From Lama glama (Eukaryota): a DNA stretch of 64,000 bases. The stretch spans positions 11,472,001-11,536,000 of the forward strand of contig CM052818.1 of assembly GCA_028534125.1 (NCBI GenBank), in the 5' to 3' direction. Below are positions 12,458 to 24,990 of the stretch, in pieces (the stretch's first letter is position 1; the number at the start of each line of letters is the position of its first letter). Both the position numbers and the translations under genes were made by a program. Under the pieces are notes generated by a model. That model was not told the origin of the DNA, made no database searches, and saw only the letters and a list, made by a program, of their open reading frames with translations.

Positions 12458-15400
12458 AATTTTTAAAAAATTTTATGGAAGTATAGTTGGTTTACAGTGT
12501 TACACCAATTTCAGGTTACAGCCCAGTGATTCAGTATTTTTATAGATTACATGCTATCAAAAGTTATTATAAGATAACAGCTATAATTCCCTATGCTATA
12601 CAATATATATTTAAGGCTTATATATTTTATACATAGTACTTTGTATCTCTTAATCTCATACCTCTATCTTTCTCCACCCACTTCCCTCTCCCCACTGGTA
12701 ACCACTAGCTTGTTTTCCATATCTATGAATCTATGTTTTGCTATATACATTTGTTTTATTTTTTAGATTCCACATACAAGTGATATCATACAGTATTCGG
12801 CTTTTTTCTGACTTATTTCACTAAGCATAATATTCTGTAGGTCCATTCACATTGTCACAAATGGCAGAATTTCATTCTTTTTTATGGCTGAGTAATATTC
12901 TACCACATATATACATATATATATACACACACATCTTCTTTATTCATTTGTCTGTTGATGGACACTTGCATTGCATCCATATCTTGGCTATTATAAATAG
13001 TGCTGCTATAAATATTAGAGTCCACATATCTTTCCAAATTAGTGTCTTTATTTCTTCCAGATATATACCCAGGAGTGGAACTGCTGGATTATATAATAGT
13101 TCTATTTTTAGTTTTTTGAGGACCCTTCATACTGTTTTCCATAGTGACTGCTCCAATTTACATTCCCATCAACAGTGTACAGGTGTTCATTTTTCTCCAC
13201 ATCCTCGCCAACACTTGCTATTTGTTGCCTTTTTGAAGATGGCCATTCTGACAAGTGTGAAGTGATATCTCATTATTGGTTTGCTTTGCATTTCTCTAAT
13301 AATTAGACTGTTGAGCATCTTTTCTTGTGTCTTTTAGCTATGTGTATGTCTTCTTTGGAAAAATGTCTAATCAGGTCTTCTGCCTATTTCTTGGCTGGAT
13401 AGTTTTTTTTTTCTTTTTTCTCTTTTGGATACTGAGTTTGTATGAGCTGTTTATACATTTCGGGTATTAACTTTTTCTCAGTCATATCATTTGCAAATAT
13501 TTTCTCCATTTCATAGGTTGCCTTTTCATTTTGTCAATGGTTTCCTTTGCTGTGCAAAAGCTTTTAAATTTCATTAGTTCCCATTTGTTTATTTTGGCTT
13601 TTATTTCTTTTTCCTTAGAGGACAGATCCAAAAAAAATATATAGCTACAGTTTATGTCAAAGAGTGTTCCACCTATGCTCTCTTCTAGGAGTCTTATGGT
13701 TTCAGGTCTTACATTTAGGTCTTTAATCCACTTTGAATTTATTTTTTGTATGTGGTGTAAGGGAATGTTCCAATCTCACTCTTTTACATGCAGCTGTTAG
13801 TTTTCCAGGTACCACATATTGAAGAGACTGTGTTTTCTCCATTTTATATTCTTGTCTCTTTTGTCATAGATTCATTGATTGTAGGTAAATAGGTTTATTT
13901 TTGAGCTCTCAATACTGTTCCATTGATCTTTGGATTTCTGTGCCAGTACCATGCTGTTTTGATTACTATACCTTGTAGTATAATCTGAAGTCTGGGAGGG
14001 TGATACTTCCAGCTTTGTTCTTTTTCCTTAAGTTTGCTTTGGCAATTCAGGGTCTCTTACAGTTCCATATGAATTTTAGGATTATTTGGTCTAGTTCTGT
14101 GAAAAATGTCATGGGTATTTTGATAGGCATTGCATTAAATCTAGATTGCTTTGGGTAGTATAGCCATTTAAAAAAAACAGTAATTCTTCCAGTCCAAGAG
14201 CATGGGATGTCTTTCCATTTCTTTGTACCATCTCCAGTTTTCTTCATCAATGTTTTATAGTTTTCAGAGTATATGTCTTTCCAGTTCGTGGTTAAGTTTA
14301 TTCCTAGGTATTTTATTCTTTTTGATATGATTTTAAATAATACTTTTTTCTTGCTTTCTCTTTCTGATAGTTCATTATTATAGGTAGAAAAGCAACAGAT
14401 TTCTGTATATTAATCTTATAACCTGCAACTTTGCTGAATTCATTTATTAGTTATAGACTTTTGGAGGAGACTTTAGGATTTCTATAAAAAGTATTATGTC
14501 ATCTGTAAATAGTGACAGTTTTACTTTTTCCCTTCCAATTTAGATGATTTTTATTTCTTTTTCTTGTATGATTATTCTGGCTAGGACTTTCAATACTATG
14601 TGAAATAGAAGTGGTGAGAGTGGGCATCCTTGTATTGTTCCTGACTTGAGAAGGAAGCCTTTCAGCTTTTCACCATTATGATGTTAACTGTGAGTTTGTC
14701 ATAAATGACCTTTATTATGTTGAGGTATGTTCCCTCTATACCCACTTTGATGAGAGTTTTTATCATGAATGAATATTGAATTTTGTCAAATGCTTTTTCT
14801 GCGTCTATTGAGATGATCGTGTGATTTTGGTCCTTCCTTTTGTTAATATGGTGTATGATATTTATTAATTTGTGAATTTTGAACCATCCTTGGGTCCCTG
14901 GAATAAATCCCACTTGATCATGATATATGATCTTTTTTATACATTGTTGGATTCAGTTTGTTAATAACTAGTTAAGGATTTCTGCATGTACATTCATCAA
15001 ACATACTGTCCTATAATTTTCTTTCTTTGTAGTGTCTGGTTTTGGTATCAGGATAATGGTGGCCTCAGAATAAATTTGGGAATGTTTTGTCCTCTTCAGT
15101 TCTTTCAAACAGTTTGAGAAGGATAGGTATTAGCTCTCCTTTATATGCTTGGTAGAATTCCCCTGTGAAGTTGTTCAGTCCTGGACTTTTGTTTGCTGGG
15201 AGTTTTGTTTTTGTTTTTGTTTTTTCATTAGAGTTTCAATTTCACTACTAGTGATCACTCTGTTCAAATTGACTGTTTCTTCTTGATTCAGTCATGGCAG
15301 GCTGTATGTTTCTAGAAATTTGTCCATTTCTTCTAGGTTGTCCAGACTGTTGGCATATAACTATTCATAGTATTCTCTTATGACTTTTTGTATTTCTGTA

Positions 15401-16880
15401 GTGTTGATTGCTGTTTCTCCACTTTCATTTTTAATTTTGTATCTTTGAGTCCTCTCTTTTATTCTTGGTGAGTCTGGCTAAAGGATTATCAATTTTGTTT
15501 ATTTTTTCAAAAAACCAGCTCTAGGTTTCATTGATCTTTTCTATTTTTTTTCCATTTTATTTATTTCTTCTCTGATCTTTATTATTCTTCTGCTGACTTT
15601 CGGCTTTGTTTGTTCTTCTTTTTCTAATTCCATTGGATGGTAGTTCAGGTTGTTTATCTGAGATTTTTATTGTTTCCTGGGGAAGAGCTATATCACTATA
15701 AACTTCCCTCTGAGAACTGCTTTTGCTACACCCTGTAGATTTGGAAAGGTGTGTTTCCATTGTTTGTCTCAAGATATTTTCTTATTTCCTCTGATTTATT
15801 CATTGACCTATCAGCTTTTGTTGTTTACTTTATACATGTTTGTTCTTTTCCCATTTTTCTTTCTGTAACTGATTTATAATGTCATAATACCATGGTCAGA
15901 GAAAAATGCTTGATATAATTTTTATCCTTTAAAATTTGTTGAGACTTGTTTTATTGCCTAGCTAGTAATCTATTCTGGAGAACATTTCATGTACAGTTGA
16001 AAGAATGTGTATTCTACGATTTGGGGACAGAATGTCCTGTGATATCAATATATTATGTCCCACTGGTCTATTGTATTATTTAAGCCCATTGTATCCTTAT
16101 GGATTTTCTGTCCAGATGATCTGTCCTTTGATGTGAATGGGGTGTTAAAAGTTCCCTATTGTTATTGTATTATTTTTAATTTCTCCCTTTATGTCTGTTA
16201 GTATTTGCTTTATATATTTAGGTGCTCCTGAATTGGGTGTATATATCTTACTGAGTGTAATATCCTCCTCTCCTCTGGTGCAGCTACAACTAGGGGGGTT
16301 GGATCTTCTCCCCAGTTGTAGCTGCACTAGATCCAGTGCCACACTGTGACATGGAGGAAGTGGGGTTAGAGCATTTGCTCAGCTTGGGCTGGGACATTTG
16401 CCCAGGAGGTTTCAGGAAATCAGGCAGCCACTAAAGCAGACCCCTTTCCACCCTGCCAGGGGCAAGCCAGCATTCATGTGCTCCTCACAAGTGTAGTCCA
16501 GGCTTCCCACAGCTCTTCTGTTAGTCTCACTGTCCTCCAACCAGTCAAGGAGGCTCCTTTCCCCCACACAGGACTCCAGGACTGGGGCACCCAATCTATG
16601 GCTCTCAACACTCATTCCCCAGGGTGGATGTCCCCTCTGTGTATCTCCCTCTTCCTCTGAGTCCTCTCCCAGGGGCACAGGTCTCAACCCCACTGCTTTT
16701 CTTCTCTTCCTATCCAATTATGTGTGTATCTTTCTAACAGCCTTGGTTATAAAGTCTTTCTCCCAGTTTCCAGTTAGTTTTCAGTAAGAATTTTTCCACA
16801 TGTAGAAGTTCTTTTGATGTATTCTTGGGGGGAGGTGAGCTCCACATCTTCTTACTCTGTCATATTGATTGACTCTTCCC
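12458..16880 (-). mobile_element. LINE-1 with 5'UTR start, decayed ORF2 and 3'UTR; ORF1 absent
   Basis: ORF-track pieces are L1 ORF2: KIYTPNSGAPKYIKQILTDIKGEI (endonuclease), [10 protein letters not shown]...[14 protein letters not shown] (RT), [14 protein letters not shown]1 5'-end-like sequence at ~16270-16880. Degenerate TSD gaaaactcttatttt (12443-12457) / gaaaacccattatttt (16881-16896). Many stops and frameshifts. Confidence 0.92.
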
Positions 16881-16938
16881 GAAAACCCATTATTTTTTAA
16901 AAATCCCTCTTAGAGATCTACCTAATATCTATGGAGTG

Positions 16939-17008
<70 letters not shown>
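16939..17008. repeat. Compound (TA)n(TG)n microsatellite
   Basis: Directly visible. Confidence 0.97.
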
Positions 17009-17929
17009 CTTTAAAGTTTACAGATAAATAGCCTTTATTATTATATATAACCATTATGTAACCAAGTACAGCCATTGTATTTGTGTCTTTGTTACACCAT
17101 TGGGAACAAGTTGTTGCTTAAAGGTTCAGCATATTCCTTCAATTTTATTGGTAAATATAAATTGCTGCCCCATAACGTAAAATACTCTGAATGTAAAAAT
17201 GACAACAATTGCCTCATATCCCTTCATGTGGATTCTTTTAAAAAGTTACATAAACCAAACTTGTAAAAATTCAGATTTGAAAGCTGTTGTCATACCCTAT
17301 ACTTTGGTTTCTAAAGTAAGTGCTTCTAAACTTGGAGATCACATTTTGTGTTTGACTCTTGTGTTTGACTGGTCTATATAACATCTTATATGTCATATGA
17401 ACAATAAAATTGTAATATAAATTTAATAGTTCTTCCTAAGTAGATTTTTTCTAAATTATTCCCATCTAAGTAATTCCTATTCAAGAAAAAAATAGTTTGT
17501 CCTCTACCACTGTACAAAATTCAAGAAAAATTCTAAGAACCAGAATGCATCTTTAACATGAGCTAAACACTGAAAAGTAAACAGAACATTAGAAAGAAAA
17601 GGAATATGCTACTTCTGAAAAGAGGGGGAAACTATATTTTTCTATCAGTTATAAAGGCCATGGTACTTTCTCCAAAATAAACACCAATTCTATCTTCTTT
17701 GTTTTAAGTAACTCCATATTGGTTTGGGGGGTCATATTAACAATGTACTTCCCTACTCTTCAGAATAACAACTGCTCTCATCTGTAATGTCATATTCATT
17801 TCTGGAAGACCCATAGAACAAATAGTTCTCCCTATAGTTCCCTGACTTCTCTGTTCCTTTCAGGTGTTCCAAAATCCAAATTGCACTGCACAAATTATCT
17901 AATAAATCTGATTCTCTTCCAAATATTCC

Positions 17930-18210
17930 AGCAGGCTGCCCTTTTCCCATAATGCCATCCAGATGGCCTTCAACCCACATGAAGCTATTAGAAACACAAT
18001 AACATTCCATAAAGTCCTTGTCCCATCAACTCCCTCTTCTTCTGTTCAGTTTATTTCCTCCCATCTCACTTGCTGAATTCACAGAAATGGAGGAAAAACT
18101 TTGTAAACATCCCAGGCTTAAAGAGGGCCTCCACCACCTTTATGTTTGTGTGTTTCTATGGGTTGCCCCTCCATGGAAACATTGAAGAAAGGAGAAAAAG
18201 ATGAGCTGGA
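17930..18210 (-). mobile_element. Possible ancient CR1/L3-clade LINE 3' ORF2 remnant
   Basis: Frameshifted minus-strand peptides LIFFSF / RG.IETHK / RTLWN / SNS...GHLDGIM follow the order of the CR1 C-terminal motifs LFSLE-RLRGDLIE.YK-WN.LP-FK..LD. Confidence 0.4.
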
Positions 18211-19651
18211 TTAAAAGATACTGCTGACCGATGAGGAAAAACTAAAGGCAACTGGCATAACTTAAACCAAACAAATGGCTTTTATGTCTACCAATCAAAC
18301 ACCTGTATCACGGCATATCTGAATGCCTACAAAGGAAGTCACCCCAAGATATTTCCCCTTATATAAAAAGTTATTCTTCAAAAGCCTATAGTGGTTCTTC
18401 ATCCCGAAAAGACAGACAAGAAGAAATAAGCCATAGCGTAGCAACAGTTCAGCAACGAGAGCTGTCAGTCACTGAAATAAGAACAAAGAGTTTGGGCCAA
18501 CATCTCTGAGCCTCAGGTTAGTCCTGGCCAAAATGAGTACAGGTGAATTTCCTGAGAGCTCAAAATCCCTTCCAGACCTAAATTTCTCTGAGGAAAAGAA
18601 TGTGTCTGACCAGGTAGACTTATTAAAGGTCAGTACTTAGTGATTCTCACTGCTTGGACTTTCATTTCTTTGCCCCAGGAATGCTCAAGAAGGAAGAAGT
18701 TCATCTTGCAGTCCCTAGACATCACCTTCATCCTTCCTCTTGCCGTGCATTCACAGCCACTAGGGACAAGGGGAGGTAAATTCTGGGTAGGTAAATGTGG
18801 GTAAATGTCTAAACACACACAGTTATGTAGTCCTGCGAAGGAAGCCAGTGGAGGCAGGTGCAAGAGCAGGGTCAAAAACTTCCTTATAATCTTGATAACT
18901 ACACATGAAGCTGGATCCAAAACTATGCTCATGCAGATGGGCTGGATTTTGTCACTTGTTTTTAAAAATGTTCCTGAGCTTGAAAACCAGCAATCAACAA
19001 TTTCTTACTTTGGCCTAAGTACTGTGGTGTTCTTCCAGTCCATTTGTTGACATATAGTTTCCATGTTAATAATAGCTAATTATTTGGCAAAAACAACCAA
19101 CAACCTATTTTCCCTCGATCTCACATAATTCAAATGGCTTATAAAAAATGACTCTCACACTGAAGTGGTTACTTTCTTCTCTAATGGATTATGCAGATTC
19201 AGAACTAGACTATTTGATCAAAATTTGAAGACGTTTTTTAGAGCATTTTAGTCTTTAAATGTCTTAAGGAAGATATATCACCTGTTTCTTAAAAAAAAAA
19301 GTTTTCCTTAAAAAAAAAATCAAAGCAGATACAAACTTATCAATGGACCCTTTAGTGTGTCAAATATGTACCATTTAGGATTTATCTGCAAATTGCCTTG
19401 GTTAAGCAACTTTGGTTTCATTTTCTTGCAGCACCTCTACTTTTTTGACAGTAGGTGGTTGCAAAAAAGGTGGTTGCTGTAAAATTTTTGGCTGAATGAA
19501 TTATTCTCACCTAGACCTTTTTCTTATGCCATAGGAAGTTCAAGCCTCTCTCCACCCCACATCAGTTATGAAACAGCGCCTTAAATATAATGCACAGTCT
19601 GAAACCAGTAGACAGAGGCTCCATAGAAGCAGGTGCTGAGCCCTGAAGCAA

Positions 19652-19668
19652 TGACCTTCTAATGACCT
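19652..19668 (-). promoter_or_regulatory. Perfect DR5 nuclear-receptor element (RARE-type)
   Basis: Plus strand TGACCT-tctaa-TGACCT, i.e. AGGTCA n5 AGGTCA on the minus strand. The motif is certain; function is inferred. Confidence 0.45.
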
Positions 19669-20026
19669 GGCACCAGCCTTTTGATTCTGCTCTGCCAAGT
19701 GCCCTCGGTGTCCACTCTGCCCTTTATCTGACCAGGGTTATGACCTTTTGCCATTCCAGGATGATCAGCTTACCCAGAAAACTATGAGCCTGGGCGAAGA
19801 CAAGTACATGGATGTGTTTTTATTTGAATCCCGCCATTCCCCTCCCAACCAATATTCTCTGCCAGAGTGTAAGTTCTTTAGACCCTCTTGTCTCAGTCCT
19901 AGTTTGTGATATATCTGGGTTCCTATCTATACTATTATTTACTCTGTGTTAACTCTTTCTCATGATTGTATTCTTCAAGAAAACTTTATATCACATTAAA
20001 AATGGAAAACCAGTACTTCCCTAATA

Positions 20027-20283
20027 CAGTGGTCTCTAAATTTTTTGGTTTACATAGCTCATAAATAAAAATGTTGAGCATATACATTCCATCATGTATT
20101 GTTCTATTTATAACAATGTATATGTATCACTATACAAATATACTACTCACATCATAACAAACAGAAAAATGTCAAAGATACCTTAAGAAAGGAATAGAAG
20201 TAGAAGTTCAAATATCTTTTTGTACCAAAATAAACCATCTCCCATAATTCCTAGAATATGTATGTTAAGATATGGTGACCATT
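20027..20283. mobile_element. Non-autonomous hAT-Charlie-like DNA transposon
   Basis: Begins cagtggtctctaaa and ends ...tggtgaccatt (degenerate TIR); AT-rich interior. Confidence 0.55.
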
Positions 20284-21589
20284 TTTCTACTACACATTAA
20301 AATAAAAAGGTAACTATTAAATTTTAAAAATCTATATACTACCTACAATCATCAAGAGTACCATCAGTGGTATTAATGCCACTTTTCTACTTGCAGAGGA
20401 AAGCAATAGCATAGCAAAGAGAAAGACTTTCCCTGTTCTCAAATAATACCTTAGTCTTTTCACTTTCAAACCCTTGGCTTATTGAATGACTCCAACTTTT
20501 GGATCAGAAGATGAGAAGAGTGGCCCTCACAAAGTTAGAATGTTCATCTCTTACATCTTCCATATAACTCATGCTGCCAGCCACAAACATAGATGTGATC
20601 ACCATTATCCTGGACAGACACAGGCTTAGTTTTTCAATAACTGGATTAAGCAAACATTCCACTCCCCCAAAGGATATCATTTTTAGTGCTTCAAAAGCCA
20701 AAAAAAGGAAGATACTGATGCTGAGATCTGAAAAAGAGCCTACCAAATGAAGTTTTTCAATTGATAGAATTGACTGGCTTTTGGGTTTCTGTTTGTTTGG
20801 TTGGTTTTTATTTGCTTTCTGCATCTTGAAAATCATAGGAGGGAGCACCTCAGAAACAACTAAATACTGTTGACTACTAATCTAAGCATTTAGGTTTTTT
20901 CTCCCCAGATGAGAAAACTAAGGGTCAAATTGGCTGTGATTGATCTAAAACACATGCTACAGCCTATATCCAAAAACCAAGTTTGTTTGTAGTCAAAGCC
21001 CCAGGCTCTTCCCGTTACAAAATGGTGCCTCTTTGCTTATTCCAAACTAATGCTACAGAGCATCTGTAAAGCCTCCTTGTATCTCATCTAGCTCATTGGT
21101 TTACCTCTGAACTTCACACGTCACATGAACAATGTTATAACAACCACAAAAAAGAATGCTATTTAATAAAGAAACTCACAATATCAAAATTAACATTGCA
21201 ACTGTTTTCATTGTTCTATTTCTTAGTACCATAAGTATAAAATTAACTATAGATGTAATAATTAATGTTTATATTCAGATTTCTTAACTTTACATCACAC
21301 ACGGCTTCTATATTTCTATATCATCTTCAAAGTGGCTATTTTAATGCTTGGGTAATCTACAGATTTCATGAATTATGAGGTTATTCTATCACTAGGCATT
21401 TAGATTATCTGCAGTATCATTTTGGTACATGAAGTTTTCTTTTTCTTTTAATTATTTTCTTATGCTAAAATCTCTGAAAGAGACTCTATAACTCTTGATA
21501 TATCATTTTCCAAGTGCAATAGCCACCCACGGCTGCCAGAGAGCCTACCAACCTCATCACAACCTTGCCAATATTAGGAACTCACTTTT

Positions 21590-22830
21590 TTCTCTTTTTG
21601 TTTTTTAGATTTCACATATAAGTGAAATCATACAGTATTTGTATTTCTTTGTCTGATTTATTTCACTTAGCATAATATCCTCTAGGTCCATCCACATTTT
21701 CATAGATAAAACATTTTCATTCTTTTTCATGGTTGAGTAATATTTCATCACACATACACACACACACCACATCATCTTGAGCTATTCATCTGTTTATGGA
21801 CACTTGTGTTGCTTACATATCTTGGCTATTGTAAATAGTGCTGCTAGAATATTGAGGTGCATGTATCTGTTTGAATTCGTGTTTTTTTTTAAACAGATAT
21901 ATACCCAGAAGTGGAATTGCTGGGTTATATAATAGTTTTATTTTTAGTTTTTTTGAGGAATCTCCATACTGTTGGAAAGTAGTAGTGGCTGCACCAATTT
22001 ACATTCCCACCAACAGTGCCCAAAGATTCCCTTTTCTCTACATCCTCATCAACACTTGTTATTTGTTGTTTTTTTGATAACGGCTATTCTGACAGGGATG
22101 AGATGAAATTTCAGTGTGGTTCTGATTTACATTTCCCTTATGATTAATAATGTTGAGCATCTTTTCATGTGCCTGTTGGCCATCTTTGGAAAAGTGTTTA
22201 CTCAGTTCCTTTGCCCATTTTTTAATCAGGTTGTTTATTTTTTTGATGTTGAGTTGTATGACTTCTTTGTATGTTTTGGATAATAACCCCCTATCAGTTA
22301 CATTGTTTGAAAAAGGTCTTCTCCCATTCAGTAGGTGGCTTTTCCATTTTGTTGAGAGTTTCATTCACTATACAAATGCTTTTTTAGTTTAAGGAGTCTC
22401 ATGTGTTTATTCTTGCTTTTGTTTCCTTTGCCTGAGGAGACATATCCAAAAAAAAATTTCTATGACTGATGTCAAAGAATGTACTATGTTTCTTCTAGAG
22501 GTTTTATGGTTTCAGGTCACGCATTTAAGTTGTTAATCCATTTTGAGTTTATTTTTGCATGTGGTGTGAGAAAGTAGTCCAGTTGATTCTTTTGCATGTA
22601 ACTGTGCAGTTTCTCCAACATCATTCATTTAAGAGTCTGTCTTTTCCCTATTGTATATTCTTGCTTCCTCTGTCATAGATTAATTGCCCATATAAGTGTG
22701 GGTTCATTTCTGGGCTTTCTATTCTGTTTCCATTGGTCTATGTGTCTATTTTTGTGCCACTACCACACTGCTTTGATTACTATAGCTTTGTAGTATAGTT
22801 TGAAATCAGGGCACATGATACCATCAACTC
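21590..22830 (-). mobile_element. LINE-1 ORF2 C-terminal fragment inserted within older L1ME-like sequence (~21200-22990)
   Basis: ORF 22059-22364 (DRGLLSKTYKEVIQLNIKKINNLIKKWAKELSKHFSK) is L1 ORF2 C-terminal sequence, colinear with 12760-14020. Confidence 0.9.
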
Positions 22831-23029
22831 TCTCTCTTCCTTTTTCTAATTTAAAAGAGGTAAAAGTGTTGCTTTATTGTATGGCATTTCTTCTTTACTA
22901 AGAAGAATGAACAATGTCATATATGTTTGCTTACTAATGAGTTTCTTCTTTGTGAATTGTGGCCTTTTGTCACTTTCCATTCATCATTTGATTTAATCAA
23001 TCCTTCCTTACTGAACTGATTTGTAATAT

Positions 23030-23220
23030 GTTTGTTAAGCTTTAGCACTCACAGATGTATGACCTTGGGTGAGTTATTTCAGCTCCCTGTTACTGGTTCC
23101 TAATCTATAAAATGAGAATAATCATTTCATAAAGTTATTGGGAGCATTAAATGAATCAATTTACATACCAAATTCCTAGAACATTTTCTAGCACAAAATA
23201 AACCCTCAATAAATACAGTA
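23030..23220 (+). mobile_element. MIR SINE
   Basis: tgaccttgggtgagttattt...ttcctaatctataaaatgagaataat. Confidence 0.75.
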
Positions 23221-23699
23221 TATTTTCTCTGAAATATTCAATATATTCCTTGCTTGTAAAGCATCTCCCCAGTCTCTGTTTGGCTTTCTATTTACTGATT
23301 CCTGTGTCTTTCTATTCATTTATCCATTCATTAACTTACCATATTGAATAATTTTGCTTGTGTTTAATTCTTGGTGGGAATATTTGGATTTGATGGACTG
23401 CTTTATAGATTAATGGGACACTCCAGGACTGCCGAACTTCAGGTCCAGTAACAAGCTGTCAGCATTGTACAGAGAGCTCTACAGGGCTGGACATTCACCT
23501 TTGAGTGTGACCAAGGGTACTGAGGATTATGGACCAAGTTCAAGATGTGGGCTTTTGCATAAGGGTCATCCTAGTCAGCACCCACACAGACCACAGAAAG
23601 AATAATTATACCCTATTTTACAAAACGTTTATTCAATACTGTGGACATAAATGTTACTGAACTACGAAGAAAAAAAAAAGGTGAACTCTCCACCTTCAA

Positions 23700-24420
23700 T
23701 GTTTCTCTAACTCAGTTGATAAGTATTTCCTGAGTGATGTGCTGCACATACTTCCATTCTCACAATGAGGAATATGGATATTCTGCAAGTTTACAGTATG
23801 GGGGTAAGAAAAATGCTGAATTCAATTTTGGCCCTCTGAGATTGAGGGCCCCAAAAACATGTTGAGCAAGCAGTTGGAAAGACTGGCCTGGAGATCAGGA
23901 AGGGAGCATGGACTACAGCCGTGGACAGGTGCTGAGTCAAGAGAATGGACAAGCTGCAGCAGGGAGGTGTGCGAAGAAAGAAAAGTGAAGGACCCAAAAC
24001 GGAGCCTGGAGGAGACAGACACGCAGCAGAGATGCCCACAAAAGAGGCTGAGAGGGAAGAGAGGGCAGAGGAAAAGCCGCAACTAAGCCGGCACACATTT
24101 CAAGAGAAAAGAGAGCATTTTAAGAATGAAGAAGTAGCTAACAGCACCAAATCACTGTGTGAGGTCAAAGAACATTGGGATTATAAGGGGCCTTTAGATT
24201 TATAAAAAATGAAGAGACTGTGTGGTCATGACAAGAACATTTTTAGCACAGTGGTAAGAAACTGGAGTAGGCTGAGGAACAAGTGGTAGTTAAGGAAATG
24301 GTTGGAGCAGAGAGAGACAACTGGTTTTAGAATTTTTGAAATTCTAAATTTTAGAATTTTTGAAAGGTGGTGGATACATGGAGTAGGAGCTGAAGGAGAC
24401 ATGGGATGGAAGGAAGGCTT
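23700..24420 (-). mobile_element. LINE-2 fragments
   Basis: tgaattcaattttggcc...gagcaagcagttggaaagactggcctggagatcagg is typical antisense L2. Confidence 0.65.
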
Positions 24421-24436
24421 TTTAGGGTGTGGTTCC

Positions 24437-24439
<3 letters not shown>

Positions 24440-24476
<37 letters not shown>

Positions 24477-24560
24477 TGGTAGCAGAGATGAGCATACTGA
24501 AATGCTGATGCAACTCAGTTTAGTTGAGACGAAAATGTGTGTGTGTGTGTGTGTGTGTGT
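24440..24560. repeat. Two (TG)n microsatellites
   Basis: (TG)n at ~24440-24471 and ~24536-24560. Confidence 0.95.
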
Positions 24561-24564
24561 ATTT

Positions 24565-24664
24565 NNNNNNNNNNNNNNNNNNNNNNNNNNNNNNNNNNNN
24601 NNNNNNNNNNNNNNNNNNNNNNNNNNNNNNNNNNNNNNNNNNNNNNNNNNNNNNNNNNNNNNNN
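24565..24664. other. Assembly gap (100 N)
   Basis: Run of exactly 100 N, likely a placeholder of unknown true size. Confidence 0.99.
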
Positions 24665-24799
24665 AAGACATTAACATTTTATGTTTTTGGAAAGCTCAAA
24701 TTGCTGGAACACAGTAAAAAAAATGTTAGATAAAAACATATAGGACTCTGATAATCAAAATGGATTTTACAAATTCATGCACTAAAGTTTCTGGGCACC

Positions 24800-24990
24800 A
24801 GTATGTGAAAAAGAAGGGATTTGTTGTCAAATACGCCTGCAGTCCAATCCTAAATTACTAGCTATGTGATTTTAGATCATTTGTTTAAATCTAGTCAGAC
24901 TCAATTTATTCATTTCTATAAAAGGGATAATACAATTTGCCTAGTAGGTGTTTGTGCTGAACAAATAATAATACTAACCACTTACTGCCC
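24800..24990 (+). mobile_element. MIR SINE
   Basis: ttactagctatgtgatttt...ctcaatttattcatttctataaaagggataata. Confidence 0.6.

Noticed and set aside
18678..18775. Plus-strand exon candidate
   Set aside because: Splice-like ends, but no recognisable protein; consistent with a pseudo-exon.
24351..24733. ORFs spanning the TG repeats and N gap
   Set aside because: Artefacts of microsatellites and the assembly gap.
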